Source: Candidatus Limnocylindria bacterium (GTDB lineage: Bacteria; Chloroflexota; Limnocylindria; P2-11E). Taken from it: DNA of 64,000 bases. The stretch covers positions 1,534 through 65,533 of the forward strand of contig DASYUC010000145.1 of NCBI GenBank assembly GCA_036001645.1, read 5' to 3'. Position 1 is the stretch's first letter, and each line of letters begins with the position of its first letter. Below the pieces are notes generated by a model. That model was not told where the DNA came from, ran no database searches, and worked only from the letters and a program-made list of their open reading frames with translations. Made by a program: the position numbers and the translations under genes. Positions 27,670 to 37,700 of this stretch are shown in pieces.

Positions 27670-28280
27670 GCATCGTGCCCGGTCGCCTCGCCGGCTCTCT
27701 CCGTGGCGGTCTCGCCCCGGTGGCCCGTCGCCTCCAGAGGCTCGGGGTCAGAGCGAACACCGTCACGGTCCTGGGCTTCTTCCTCACCGTCGTCGGCGCC
27801 GTGCTCCTCGCGACGGCGCAGCCCGCTCCCGCACTGGTCGTGCTGCTGCTCGGCACCCTCTGCGACACGCTGGACGGTCAGCTCGCGCGCGCGGCCGGCG
27901 GCGGCACGCGATTCGGCGCGTTCCTTGACTCCACGCTCGACCGCCTCTCCGACGCGGCGCTCGCGATCGCGGCGGTCCAGCTCGGCGCCACGCTTCCCGA
28001 CCCCGTGCTGTACGGCGACGGCCTCGTCCTGCTGGTCGCATCGTTCCTCGTCAGCTACATCCGCGCCAAAGCGGAATCGCTCGGCGAACGCGCGAACGTC
28101 GGCGTCGCTCCGCGCGAGGCGCGTATCGCGCTCTACCTCATCGGTGTGGCGGCGTGGGCCGTCACGGGATTCACCTTCCTGTTCGCGGCGGCGGTGGTCG
28201 TCGCCGCGTTCCTCGCCACCCTCACCGTCATCCAGCGCATCGCCCACCTGGCGAACGCGCTCAATGAAAAGAAAGGTTGA
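27666..28280 (+). CDS. CDP-alcohol phosphatidyltransferase, phosphatidylinositol-phosphate synthase-like (PgsA1-like)
   Basis: [30 protein letters not shown] motif. The GTG overlaps the ArsR stop, and the gene is adjacent to ino1. Confidence 0.75.
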   Translation: MSIVPGRLAGSLRGGLAPVARRLQRLGVRANTVTVLGFFLTVVGAVLLATAQPAPALVVLLLGTLCDTLDGQLARAAGGGTRFGAFLDSTLDRLSDAALAIAAVQLGATLPDPVLYGDGLVLLVASFLVSYIRAKAESLGERANVGVAPREARIALYLIGVAAWAVTGFTFLFAAAVVVAAFLATLTVIQRIAHLANALNEKKG

Positions 28281-28290
28281 AATAACGGAG

Positions 28291-29427
28291 ATGCCCACAA
28301 AGAAGCGAACGACGCGCGGCCGTGCCATTGGCCGCAAGATCCGCGTCGCGATCATCGGTGTCGGCAACTGCGCGAGCTCGCTCGTGCAGGGCGTGCACTA
28401 CTACCGCAACGCGAAGCCGGGCGACCCGATCCCGGGGATCATGCACGTCGATCTCGGCGGTTATCACATCCGTGACGTGGAGTTCGTCGCGGCGTTCGAC
28501 GTCGACAAGAACAAGGTCGGCAAGGACCTCGCCGATGCGGTCTACGCGAAGCCGAACAACACCTATCGCTTCGCCGACGTGCCCAAGACGGGTGTGAAGG
28601 TGAGCCGGGGTATGACGCACGACGGCATCGGGAAGTACCTGTCCAAGGTCATCACCAAGGCGCCCGGCGAGACCGCGGACATCGTCAAGATCCTTCGCGA
28701 CACGAAGACCGACGTCGTCGTCTCGTATCTCCCCGTCGGCAGCGAGGAAGCGACGAAGTGGTACGTCGAGCAGGTCCTCGAAGCGGGATGCGCGTTCATC
28801 AACTGCATCCCCGTCTTCATCGCCCGGGAACCGTACTGGCAGAAGCGCTTCGCGGCGAAGGGCCTGCCGATCATCGGCGACGACATCAAGTCGCAGGTCG
28901 GCGCGACCATCACGCACCGCGTGCTCACCCGGCTCTTCATGGATCGTGGCGTGCGGCTCGACCGAACGTATCAGCTGAACTTCGGCGGGAACACCGACTT
29001 CCTGAACATGCTCGAACGCGAGCGTCTCGAGTCGAAAAAGATCAGCAAGACGAACGCGGTCACGAGCATGCTCGACTACCCTCTGGACCCAGATGACGTC
29101 CACGTGGGCCCGTCCGACTACGTCCCGTGGCTGCTCGACCGCAAGTGGTGCTACATCCGTATGGAGGGCACGACGTTCGGCGACGTGCCGCTGAACGTCG
29201 AGGTGAAGCTGGAGGTGTGGGACTCACCGAACAGCGCGGGCGTCGTCATCGATGCGATCCGCTGCTGCAAGCTCGCGCTCGACCGGGGCCTGGGCGGCAC
29301 GATCGTGGCGCCGTCGGCGTACTTCATGAAGTCGCCGCCGCGACAGATCCACGACGACAAGGCGCGCGAAGGCGTCGAGGCGTACATCAAGGGCTCGGAC
29401 CAGACCACGCTCGCGGGGAAGGCCTAG
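28291..29427 (+). CDS. ino1: myo-Inositol-1-phosphate synthase
   Basis: [38 protein letters not shown], and NFGGNTDF. The ATG at 28291 follows ACGGAG; an alternative ATG is at 28264. Confidence 0.9.
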   Translation: MPTKKRTTRGRAIGRKIRVAIIGVGNCASSLVQGVHYYRNAKPGDPIPGIMHVDLGGYHIRDVEFVAAFDVDKNKVGKDLADAVYAKPNNTYRFADVPKTGVKVSRGMTHDGIGKYLSKVITKAPGETADIVKILRDTKTDVVVSYLPVGSEEATKWYVEQVLEAGCAFINCIPVFIAREPYWQKRFAAKGLPIIGDDIKSQVGATITHRVLTRLFMDRGVRLDRTYQLNFGGNTDFLNMLERERLESKKISKTNAVTSMLDYPLDPDDVHVGPSDYVPWLLDRKWCYIRMEGTTFGDVPLNVEVKLEVWDSPNSAGVVIDAIRCCKLALDRGLGGTIVAPSAYFMKSPPRQIHDDKAREGVEAYIKGSDQTTLAGKA

Positions 29428-30347
29428 TGCGGCTGCGCGTCCCGTTCCGGGACGGCCTCGTGTACTGGTCGTGGCGCACGGCGGCAGCGCTGGTCCAGCG
29501 CCTCCCCGAGCGCCTCGTGTACTTCGGAGCGGTCGTGGGTGGTGAGTTCGCGTATCTCGTCTGGCGTCGCAGGCGCGAGATCACCAAGCGCAACTTCGCG
29601 GTCGTCCTCGGGCGATCGGCGGGGGATCGGGAGGTCGCGAGCGTCGCGCGCCGTGCCTTCCGCAACTTCGGCAAGTACCTGACGGAGATCATGCGGTTCC
29701 CATCGATGGGCCAGGCCGAGCTACACGACCTCGTGAGGATCGATCCGACCTCGCACCAGCACCTGCAGGCCGCGCGAGACGCGGGCCACGGGATCATCTT
29801 CGTCTCCGCGCATTTCGGGAACTTCGAGATCGGTGGCGCGCGGATCGCGCAGGAGATCCCGCTCACGGTCGTCGCCGACGAGCTCGAGAACGTGCGGCTC
29901 ATGGACTTCCTGGTGGCGAACCGCGAGCACAAGAACGTCGTCATCTTGCCGCCTCAGGGCGCGACCCGCCGCGTGCTCGCCGCCCTACGCCGCAATGAGA
30001 TGGTGGGCTTCATGATGGATCTCGGCCCGCGCGCTCACGAGCTCGACAACGTGCAGGCGACCTTCTTCGGCGTCCGCACCGCCTTCCCGACCATCGCCGC
30101 GGCCCTCGCCCGCGTCTCGGGAGCGCCGATCATCGTCGCGGCGGTCACTCGAGACCGCGACAACTCGTTCAAGGGAGTCGCCCTCCCGCCGCTCTTCGTC
30201 GAGCGCACGAAGCAGGCGGCGAGCGACCTGGAGCGCGCGACGCAGGCGATCGTGCATGCGCTCGAGGGACTGATGCGACCGGAAGTGGACCAGTGGTACA
30301 TCTTCCGTCCGATGTGGCCGGCGCCCCTGGACGCCGCCGCGACCTAG
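29427..30347 (+). CDS. Lysophospholipid/lipid A-type acyltransferase (HtrB/PatA-like) 1
   Basis: LPLAT pattern (SAHFGNFE HX4D-like region). The GTG overlaps the ino1 stop (TAGTG). Confidence 0.7.
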   Translation: MRLRVPFRDGLVYWSWRTAAALVQRLPERLVYFGAVVGGEFAYLVWRRRREITKRNFAVVLGRSAGDREVASVARRAFRNFGKYLTEIMRFPSMGQAELHDLVRIDPTSHQHLQAARDAGHGIIFVSAHFGNFEIGGARIAQEIPLTVVADELENVRLMDFLVANREHKNVVILPPQGATRRVLAALRRNEMVGFMMDLGPRAHELDNVQATFFGVRTAFPTIAAALARVSGAPIIVAAVTRDRDNSFKGVALPPLFVERTKQAASDLERATQAIVHALEGLMRPEVDQWYIFRPMWPAPLDAAAT

Positions 30348-30349
30348 CG

Positions 30350-31195
30350 GTGCTCACGGGAGCGCTCTCCCGCGCGGCGGAGCGCGCCCTGCCGCTGATG
30401 CCGAAGGCGCTCATCGGCCCCTTCGCCGAGGTCGTGGGGAGTCTCGCCTTTCTTGCGGCGCCACGTGCTCGGCGCGCCGTGCACGCCAACCTTTCGGTGA
30501 TCGCTCCCGAGCGGAACAGCCATGCTGTCGTGCGGCGCGTCTTCGTCGAGCAGACCCGCAACTACGTCGAGATCTTTTCGATCCCGCGGACGGATCCCAA
30601 GAAGCTCCTCGCCGAGATCCGGGCGGATGGGTGGGAGCACGTGGCCCGCGCCTACGAGCAGGGCAAGGGAGTGATCCTCGCCAGCGCGCACCTGGGGCCG
30701 GTGTCCTTCGTTGGCCAGATGGTGCTCGCGCACGGTTATCCGGTGGCGCTGCCGATCGAGATCGCGACGTCGGAATTCCAGCGGTCGGTGAACCGCGCGC
30801 GGAGCGGCGCCGGTCTGCAGCTCATCCGTACCGACTCAGCGCTGGGCATCTTCCGCTTCCTCCGCGACGGGAAGGTGCTCGGTATCCTCGCCGACCGCGC
30901 CGTGACCGGCGTCGGCGAGCGGGTCGAGTTCTTCGGGCGCGAGGCGCTGCTTCCCTCGGCTGCCGTCGTGCTGTCCTTGCGCACCGGCGCGCCCCTCGTG
31001 CCGTCTTTCGCGGGACGGAGCGACGGCGTGCTCACGGCCACGTTCGAGCCGCCGCTCGAGATCCCGAATACCGGCGACCGCGACGCGGACGTGCGCGAGG
31101 GCGTCCAGCGTTTCGCGCGGGTGCTGGAGCGCTACGTGCGCCGTTCGCCGGATCAATGGACCGTCTTCGAGGACTTCTGGCATGGGCCGCGCTGA
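30350..31195 (+). CDS. Lysophospholipid/lipid A-type acyltransferase (HtrB/PatA-like) 2
   Basis: SAHLGPVSF region, paralogous to the preceding gene. GTG start at 30350. Confidence 0.7.
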   Translation: MLTGALSRAAERALPLMPKALIGPFAEVVGSLAFLAAPRARRAVHANLSVIAPERNSHAVVRRVFVEQTRNYVEIFSIPRTDPKKLLAEIRADGWEHVARAYEQGKGVILASAHLGPVSFVGQMVLAHGYPVALPIEIATSEFQRSVNRARSGAGLQLIRTDSALGIFRFLRDGKVLGILADRAVTGVGERVEFFGREALLPSAAVVLSLRTGAPLVPSFAGRSDGVLTATFEPPLEIPNTGDRDADVREGVQRFARVLERYVRRSPDQWTVFEDFWHGPR

Positions 31196-31910
31196 CCTTC
31201 AGCTGCACTCCGACCTCGGGGACGGGCTCGCGTCGCCGGAGGCGATCCTCGACGCGGCGGAGCGCGTGGGACTCGATCTCATCGCGCTCACCGATCACGA
31301 CGACATCCGCGGCGCATTCCTGCTGCGCGACATCGCCGCGCGCCGCTCGAGCCCGGTCGAGATCGTTCCCGGCGTCGAGGTCACGACCCGCTCGGGTCAC
31401 CTGCTCGCGCTCTGGATCGAAGAGGAGCTGCCGATGTTCGCGGCGCTCGCGGACACGGTGTCGCGCATCCATCGCGCGGGTGGGGTCGCGATCGTGCCGC
31501 ATCCCCTCTCCTACCTCACGTTCTCCGTCGGCGAGGGCGCCCTGCGCTCGCTCGCGGCCGCCGCCGATCCCCTCGTCCACGTCGACGGGATCGAGACGCG
31601 CAATCCCTCCTACGCCGGCCGCGTGCGGGGCGCCCGCGCGACGTGGCTCAACGAGAACGTGCTGCACGTCGCGGAGACGGGCTCGAGCGACGCCCACCAC
31701 GCCAGGCTGGTCGGCACGACCTGGACCGACTTCGAGGGCAAAGGCTCCGCTGCGCTGCGTCGCGCGATCGCGGATCGCACGACACGACCGGACGGAAGAC
31801 ACTGGACGCTCGGCGAGCACCTTGACGGGGTCGCGCGTCAGCAGTGGCGCTCGATGGTGCGCGATCCGGTGAAGCGCGCGAGGAGACGCATCAGGAAGGC
31901 CAGAGATTGA
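31182..31910 (+). CDS. PHP-domain metal-dependent phosphoesterase
   Basis: DLQLHSDLGDG, ALTDHDD, VPHP, and SSDAHH are the PHP His/Asp motifs. Confidence 0.8.
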   Translation: MGRADLQLHSDLGDGLASPEAILDAAERVGLDLIALTDHDDIRGAFLLRDIAARRSSPVEIVPGVEVTTRSGHLLALWIEEELPMFAALADTVSRIHRAGGVAIVPHPLSYLTFSVGEGALRSLAAAADPLVHVDGIETRNPSYAGRVRGARATWLNENVLHVAETGSSDAHHARLVGTTWTDFEGKGSAALRRAIADRTTRPDGRHWTLGEHLDGVARQQWRSMVRDPVKRARRRIRKARD

Positions 31911-33028
31911 TCAAGATCGGGATCGTGTCGCCGTATGCGTATCCGCGTCCGGGCGGCGCGAACGCGCACATCCGCGAAACGTACGAGCGGCTACGGGACA
32001 TGGGCCATGAGGTGCGGATCATCACCGCGCCCTGGGGCGACGACCCGCCGGCGCGTGACGTGATACAGGTCGGTCAGGCCATCGCGGTGCCCTTCAACGG
32101 GAGCATCGGTCGCGTGACGCTGTCGCTGCGCCTCGAATGGCTCGTGTCGCGGATGCTCGAGCGCGAGAAGTTCGACGTCATCCACCACCACGAGCCGTTC
32201 GTCCCGTTCCTTTCGTTCCAGATCCTCGACTCCGCCAAGTGCCCGCACGTCGCGACCTTCCACGCGTTCGGCGGGTTCTCGGTCTCGTACTGGGCCGGCC
32301 GGATCGCGCTCGATCGATACATGAACAAGCTCGACGAGAAGATCTGCGTGTCGAGCGCGGCGCGCCACTTCATCCGGGCGTACTTCCCCGGCGAGTACAA
32401 GATCATCCCCAACGGCGTCGACGTGCAGTTCTATGCGAACGCGCGGCCCTTCCCGGAGTTCAAGGACGGCAAGACGAATATCCTCTTCGTCGGGCGCCTC
32501 GAGCCCCGCAAAGGCGCGATGTATCTGCTGCAGGCGTACGCGAAGCTGAAGCCCAAGTACCCAGACACACGGCTCATCATCTGCAACTGGGGTCCGCAGC
32601 TCGGAAAGCTCCGGCGCTTCGTCCATGACAACCACCTGCAGGACGTGCTGTTCGCTGGCCGCGTCGACGACATCGACAAGGCGCGCTTCTACAAGACCGC
32701 AGACATCTTCTGCGCGCCGTCCACCGGCCAGGAATCGTTCGGGATCGTGCTGCTCGAGGCCATGGCCGCCGGCCTCCCGGTCGTGGCGAGCGACATCCAC
32801 GGCTACAAGCGTGTCGTACAGCGAAATGTTTCGGGCCTTCTCGTCGAGCCACGGGACCCCGATGGCATCGCCGCGGCGTTGGAGCGGCTCATCTGCGACC
32901 CCGCTCTGCGCGTACGACTGGGCGAGGCTGGCTCGCGCCGCGCGCCCGAATTCGACTGGTCGCACGTCACCGCGCAGCTCGTCGGCGTGTACGAGGAGGT
33001 CATCGGGAAGCGCCGGGCCATGGTCTAG
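31907..33028 (+). CDS. pimA: GT4 glycosyltransferase, phosphatidylinositol mannosyltransferase-like
   Basis: Collinear by eye with mycobacterial PimA: IGIVSPYAYPRPGG, FDVIHHHEP, IPNGVD, and ESFGIVLLEAMAAG. The TTG start overlaps the PHP stop. Confidence 0.7.
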   Translation: MIKIGIVSPYAYPRPGGANAHIRETYERLRDMGHEVRIITAPWGDDPPARDVIQVGQAIAVPFNGSIGRVTLSLRLEWLVSRMLEREKFDVIHHHEPFVPFLSFQILDSAKCPHVATFHAFGGFSVSYWAGRIALDRYMNKLDEKICVSSAARHFIRAYFPGEYKIIPNGVDVQFYANARPFPEFKDGKTNILFVGRLEPRKGAMYLLQAYAKLKPKYPDTRLIICNWGPQLGKLRRFVHDNHLQDVLFAGRVDDIDKARFYKTADIFCAPSTGQESFGIVLLEAMAAGLPVVASDIHGYKRVVQRNVSGLLVEPRDPDGIAAALERLICDPALRVRLGEAGSRRAPEFDWSHVTAQLVGVYEEVIGKRRAMV

Positions 33029-33045
33029 AGTTTCCCGCCAAGGGG

Positions 33046-34710
33046 GTGGTCGCCGTGCATCGTTCGCGAATCGCGCCCGTACTGGTCCTGGCCCTTCTTC
33101 TTGCTGCCTGCACGCAGCCGACGAAACCGGCCACGCAACCGTCGGCATCGGTGGCCGTCGGCGAAAGGCCGGTCGCCGGAGGCACACTCACGTTCATCGT
33201 CAACGCTGAGCCGCCGTCGTATGACGGACATCGTGAGACGACCTTCGCGCTGCTCCACCCGATCGCGCCGCACTACAGCCTGCTGTACAAGTTCGACCCG
33301 AACGAGCTCACCAAAGTGATCCCGGATGTCGCCGCAGAGATGCCGCAGGCGTCCGCCGACAAGATGACGATCACGGTGAAGCTGCGGCAGGACGTGAAGT
33401 TCCACGACGGGACCCCTATGACGTCCGAGGACGTCAAGGCCACGTACGACAAGATCATCTTCCCGGATGCCGCGAAGGGCGTGACGTCGCCCCGCGCCGG
33501 CGCATACGCGGTGGTCTCCGCGGTGAACGCACCGGACAAATACACCATCGAGTTCAAGCTGAAGTACCCGTCGGCCTCGTTCCAGACGAACCTCGCGTCG
33601 CCGTGGAACTTCATCTACAGCGCCGCGAAGCTCAAGACCGATCCGCGCTGGTACGAGAAGAACATCATGGGCACGGGCCCCTTCACGTTCGACGGCAACA
33701 CCAAGGGCCAGGACTGGAAGGGGAAGAAGAATCCCGACTACTTCGGGAAGGACAAGGACGGCAACAAGCTCCCGTACCTGGACGCCTACAAGGCGCTGAT
33801 CATCACCGACGCGAACGCTGGCGTGACCGCGATCCGCAGCAAGCAGGCGATGATCGAGTTCCGCGGCTTCACGCCGTCACAGCGCGACGACCTGTCGCGC
33901 GCGCTTCCCAACGACCTCGCGATCCAGGAAGCGCCGTGGATCTGCGTCAACTACGTCGTTCCCAACTCGCAGAAGAAGCCCTTCGACGACCCGCGCGTGC
34001 GCCGCGCGCTGTCCCTCGCCGTTGACCGCTGGGCGGGCGGCGAGGCCCTCTCGAGGACCACGATCGTGAAGGACGTCGGCGGTCTGATGCGGCCCAAGGG
34101 TCCGTTCGCGCAGAGCGACACCGAGCTGGTGAAGATCGCCGGCTTCGGCAAGGACGGCAAGGCGAACAAGGAGGCCGCGAAGGCACTCCTCGCCGCCGCC
34201 GGCGTACCGAACCTGTCATTCAAGTTCCTCAACCGCAACATCACCACGCCGTACGAGCCGGTCGCGGTCTTCCTCATCAATGAGTGGAAGCAGGTCGGCA
34301 TCACGGCGACCCACGACGTGAAGGAGACCTCGCCCTACCAGGCGGACCTGCGCGCCGGCAACTTCGAGGTCGCGCTCGACTTCAACTGCGACTTCCTCGA
34401 CGAGCCGGACCTGCAGCTCGCCAAGTTCTGGTCGGCGAGCAAGGCCGGTAAAGGGCTCAACTTCGCGTACTACGACGACACCAAGCTCGACGGCATGATC
34501 GACGCACAAAGCCGCGAGACCGATCCGGCCAAGCGCCTCCAGGCCGTTGCGGCCATCGAGAAATACGCGATGGACGAGATGGCCTACCAGTACCCGGTGC
34601 TCTGGTGGTACCGGATCATCCCGTACCTCAGCGCCGTTCGCGGCTGGAAGATCGGCTCGAACCACTACACGAACCAGGATCTCGCGACGGTCTGGCTCGC
34701 GAAGAAATAG
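33046..34710 (+). CDS. ABC transporter substrate-binding lipoprotein, family 5 (peptide/nickel type)
   Basis: Lipobox LLLAAC and SBP_bac_5-like length and motifs. Confidence 0.85.
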   Translation: MVAVHRSRIAPVLVLALLLAACTQPTKPATQPSASVAVGERPVAGGTLTFIVNAEPPSYDGHRETTFALLHPIAPHYSLLYKFDPNELTKVIPDVAAEMPQASADKMTITVKLRQDVKFHDGTPMTSEDVKATYDKIIFPDAAKGVTSPRAGAYAVVSAVNAPDKYTIEFKLKYPSASFQTNLASPWNFIYSAAKLKTDPRWYEKNIMGTGPFTFDGNTKGQDWKGKKNPDYFGKDKDGNKLPYLDAYKALIITDANAGVTAIRSKQAMIEFRGFTPSQRDDLSRALPNDLAIQEAPWICVNYVVPNSQKKPFDDPRVRRALSLAVDRWAGGEALSRTTIVKDVGGLMRPKGPFAQSDTELVKIAGFGKDGKANKEAAKALLAAAGVPNLSFKFLNRNITTPYEPVAVFLINEWKQVGITATHDVKETSPYQADLRAGNFEVALDFNCDFLDEPDLQLAKFWSASKAGKGLNFAYYDDTKLDGMIDAQSRETDPAKRLQAVAAIEKYAMDEMAYQYPVLWWYRIIPYLSAVRGWKIGSNHYTNQDLATVWLAKK

Positions 34711-34752
34711 CGAACTAGCGAAGAGGCAGGGGCCGTCCGACACTAGGGCGCC

Positions 34753-35700
34753 ATGAGGCGCTACATCGTCGGGCGGCTCCTGCTGATGATCCCCACGCTC
34801 ATCGGCGTCGCGATCCTCACGTTCGTGATCATGCGGGCGGTCCCCGGCGACATCGTCGAGCTCCGCTACGCGGGATCGAACGTCCCCCAAAACGTCATCG
34901 ACCAGGAGCGCCACCTCCTCGGCCTCGACAAACCGCTCTGGGCGCAGTTCACGGACTGGATGACGTCGATCTCACGCCTCGACCTGGGTCAGTCGCTCTG
35001 GACGGGCCACTCGGTGATCGAAGAGGTCCAGGGGCGGATGCCGCTTTCGATCGAGCTCGCGCTGCTGGCGACGCTGTTCGCGGTCGTGCTCGCGATACCG
35101 CTCGGCGTCGTCGCGGCGGTCAAGCAGGACACCTGGATCGATTACGCGATCCGCGTCTTCAGCATCGGCGGCCTGGCGATGCCGAGCTTCTGGATCGGGA
35201 TCATGATGGTCCTGATCACGCTGACGTTCTGGGGCTGGGCGCCGCCGGTGGTCTTCACGCCATTGTTCGACGATCCGGTCGCGAACCTCGCGGGACTCAT
35301 CCTGCCGGCGATCGCCGTTGGCTACCGGTACTCCGCGGTGTCGATGCGCATGACGCGCTCGACGGTACTCGAGGTCCTTCGCGAGGACTACGTGCGTACC
35401 GCGCGCGCGAAGGGATTGCGCGAGACGCTCGTCGTCGTCCGTCACGCGCTCCGGAACGCGCTGCTGCCGGTCGTCACGGTGGTGAGCCTCGAGTTCGCGT
35501 TCCTGATCGGCGGCCTGGTGGTGACGGAGCAGGTGTTCAACCTCAACGGCATCGGCAAGCTGCTCGTGGACGCGGTCGCGCACCGCGACTACACGCTCGT
35601 CCAGGCCCTCGTGCTGCTCCTCGCCTCGGTCTTCGTGCTCGTGAATTTCGTCGTCGACATGGTGTACGTCGTGCTCGATCCGCGGATCCGGTATTCGTGA
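34753..35700 (+). CDS. ABC transporter permease (DppB/OppB-like)
   Basis: MRRYIVGRLLLMIPTLIGV N-terminus and the EAA-loop region EDYVRTARAKGL. Confidence 0.9.
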   Translation: MRRYIVGRLLLMIPTLIGVAILTFVIMRAVPGDIVELRYAGSNVPQNVIDQERHLLGLDKPLWAQFTDWMTSISRLDLGQSLWTGHSVIEEVQGRMPLSIELALLATLFAVVLAIPLGVVAAVKQDTWIDYAIRVFSIGGLAMPSFWIGIMMVLITLTFWGWAPPVVFTPLFDDPVANLAGLILPAIAVGYRYSAVSMRMTRSTVLEVLREDYVRTARAKGLRETLVVVRHALRNALLPVVTVVSLEFAFLIGGLVVTEQVFNLNGIGKLLVDAVAHRDYTLVQALVLLLASVFVLVNFVVDMVYVVLDPRIRYS

Positions 35701-36635
35701 CACAGGTCAGCGATGCGCGGGCTCGCCCCGACGAGAGCGAGGAGTTAGCGAAGCGCCGCTACCTGGAGTCGACGGGTCGCCGGCGATTCGTCCGCTTCTG
35801 GGGCGACTTCGTACGCCGACGGCCGCTCGGCACCGCCGGCGCCGTGCTCATCCTGATCATGCTGCTGGCGGCGGCCTTCGCCGATGTCGTCGCGCCATAC
35901 GACCCGACCGCGATCAACTTCGTGGACCTTCTGAAGCCGCCGGCGCCCGATCACCTGCTCGGCACCGACAACTTCGGGCGCGACGTGTTCTCACGCGTCA
36001 TCTTCGGATCCCGGACCGCGCTCCTCGTCGGTTTCACCGCCTCGTCGGTGGGCTGCACGCTCGGTCTCGTGCTCGGTGTCCTCGGCGCGTACCTCGGCGG
36101 CCGCGCCGATCAGGTCATCCAGCGGCTGATGGACGTGCTGCTGTCGTTCCCCCTCATCGTCATCGCGATCGCGGTCGTCGCGGCCCTGGGGACGGGCGAA
36201 GACAAGATCGCGAACGTCATCGCGGCGATCACGGTGCCGATCATCCCCCGGGTGGCCCGCGTGGTGCGCTCGAGCGCGCTCAGTGTCGTGCAGATGCCGT
36301 ACATCGAGGCGGCGCGCTCGGTCGGGACCGATGCGGTCCGCATCATGCTCTGGCACGTGGCGCCGAACGTCTTCGCCCCGTACCTCATCATGCTGACCGC
36401 GTTCCTCGGGCAGGCGATCCTCCTCGAGGCGTCGCTTTCGTTCCTCGGCCTCGGCGTCTTCGAGCCCACGCCGTCGTGGGGCCTGATGCTCCGCGGGGCG
36501 GGCATGCAGTTCCTCGAGCGCGCGCCATGGCTCGCCATCGCGCCGGGCGTCGCGATCAGCATGGCCGTCTTCGGCTTCAACCTGTTCGGAGACTCGCTGC
36601 GCGACGCGCTCGACCCGCGGCTGCGGACGGCCTAG
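35697..36635 (+). CDS. ABC transporter permease (DppC/OppC-like)
   Basis: HLLGTDNFGRDVFSR and the EAA loop YIEAARSVG. GTGA overlap with the upstream gene. Confidence 0.9.
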   Translation: MTQVSDARARPDESEELAKRRYLESTGRRRFVRFWGDFVRRRPLGTAGAVLILIMLLAAAFADVVAPYDPTAINFVDLLKPPAPDHLLGTDNFGRDVFSRVIFGSRTALLVGFTASSVGCTLGLVLGVLGAYLGGRADQVIQRLMDVLLSFPLIVIAIAVVAALGTGEDKIANVIAAITVPIIPRVARVVRSSALSVVQMPYIEAARSVGTDAVRIMLWHVAPNVFAPYLIMLTAFLGQAILLEASLSFLGLGVFEPTPSWGLMLRGAGMQFLERAPWLAIAPGVAISMAVFGFNLFGDSLRDALDPRLRTA

Positions 36636-36637
36636 CG

Positions 36638-37330
36638 GTGCTGCGCGCGCGCGACGTCATCCGGCTGCACATGGGCCACTTCATCGCCCCTGAGCACCTG
36701 CCGTTCGCGGGAGCGGCGGTGGTCGTGGACGCGTTCCTCGTGCGACATCCCAGCGGTCCGGTGCTGCTCGACACCGGCATCGGCGTCGGCCTGCCCGAGG
36801 TGGAGGCGATGTACAAGCCGGTGCGGACTCAACTCGAAACGGTGCTACGCGATGCGGGAGTCTCGGTCGGTGAGATACGTGCCGTCGCGAACTGTCATCT
36901 CCACTTCGACCACTCCGGCAACAACTTCCGATTCCCAGGCGTCCCGATCCTCGCGCAGAAGGTCGAGCGCGAGGCGGTCGCGGCGCCGAACTACACGCTC
37001 CCCGGGCCGGTGGCCGAGTTCGACGGCGCGCGGTTCGAGCTCCTCGAAGGCGAGGCTGAGATCGTGCCCGGGGTGCGCATCGTGCCGACGCCCGGGCACG
37101 TCCCTGGTCATCAGTCGTTCGTCGTCGAGACGCAGGAGGGGCGCATCGTGATCGCCGGGCAGGCGTTCCAGGATGCCGCGATGTACGCGCGGGACCTCTA
37201 CGCGTGGCGGCTCGACCGCGAGGGACGACCGCATCCGCAGTACGCGCCGTGGGTCGCCCGTCTGCAGGAGCTCGACCCATGGCGGGTCACGTTCGCGCAC
37301 GATCTCGCGATCTGGCAGCGCGCGGCGTGA
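36638..37330 (+). CDS. MBL-fold metallo-hydrolase (lactonase-like)
   Basis: CHLHFDHSGN (HxHxDH) and TPGHVPGH. GTG start just after the upstream TAG. Confidence 0.75.
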   Translation: MLRARDVIRLHMGHFIAPEHLPFAGAAVVVDAFLVRHPSGPVLLDTGIGVGLPEVEAMYKPVRTQLETVLRDAGVSVGEIRAVANCHLHFDHSGNNFRFPGVPILAQKVEREAVAAPNYTLPGPVAEFDGARFELLEGEAEIVPGVRIVPTPGHVPGHQSFVVETQEGRIVIAGQAFQDAAMYARDLYAWRLDREGRPHPQYAPWVARLQELDPWRVTFAHDLAIWQRAA

Positions 37331-37376
37331 CCCGCACAGAGGTGCAGGATCGCGTGCGGGGGAGCGCTGGAGGCGG

Positions 37377-37619
37377 CTAGGCCTTGCGGCTGAGGCCGCG
37401 GATCTGGGTCAGCGCGAGGAACGCGAACACCGCCGCCATGGCGATCCCGACCATGAGCGCGGCGCTGCCGATGCTGAACACATCCCCGGACCGATCGGTC
37501 CCGAGGATCCCGCCGGCGATACCGGCGGTCGCGATCGACGTCGAGTAGTACGCGAGCGCGAGTCCCATGACGGTCAGACCGATGAACGCGAAGGCCTTGG
37601 GCCACGATTGGTTCTTCAT
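37377..37619 (-). CDS. Small membrane protein (80 aa)
   Basis: ORF with 2-3 hydrophobic segments. No family recognised. Confidence 0.4.
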   Translation of the reverse strand: MKNQSWPKAFAFIGLTVMGLALAYYSTSIATAGIAGGILGTDRSGDVFSIGSAALMVGIAMAAVFAFLALTQIRGLSRKA

Positions 37620-37700
37620 ATGGTGGCATTCAATTTCGGGCGCTCGCCCGCGTCAAGACCCCAAAGGTAACCCGCAACGGAATCGAACCCGGAGCGTTGA

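Noticed and set aside
30343-30354. The identical junction CCTAGCGGTGCT occurs at two gene boundaries (30343-30354 and 36631-36642), and it contains the IS481 target CCTAGC.
   Set aside because: It is only 12 nt and is explained by a TAG stop plus a nearby GTG start in a biased genome. No flanking similarity suggests a repeat element.
37331-37360. Hairpin CCCGCAC-N16-GTGCGGG between convergent genes as a bidirectional terminator.
   Set aside because: Short stem, large loop, and no flanking T/A tracts. Not supportable without transcript data.
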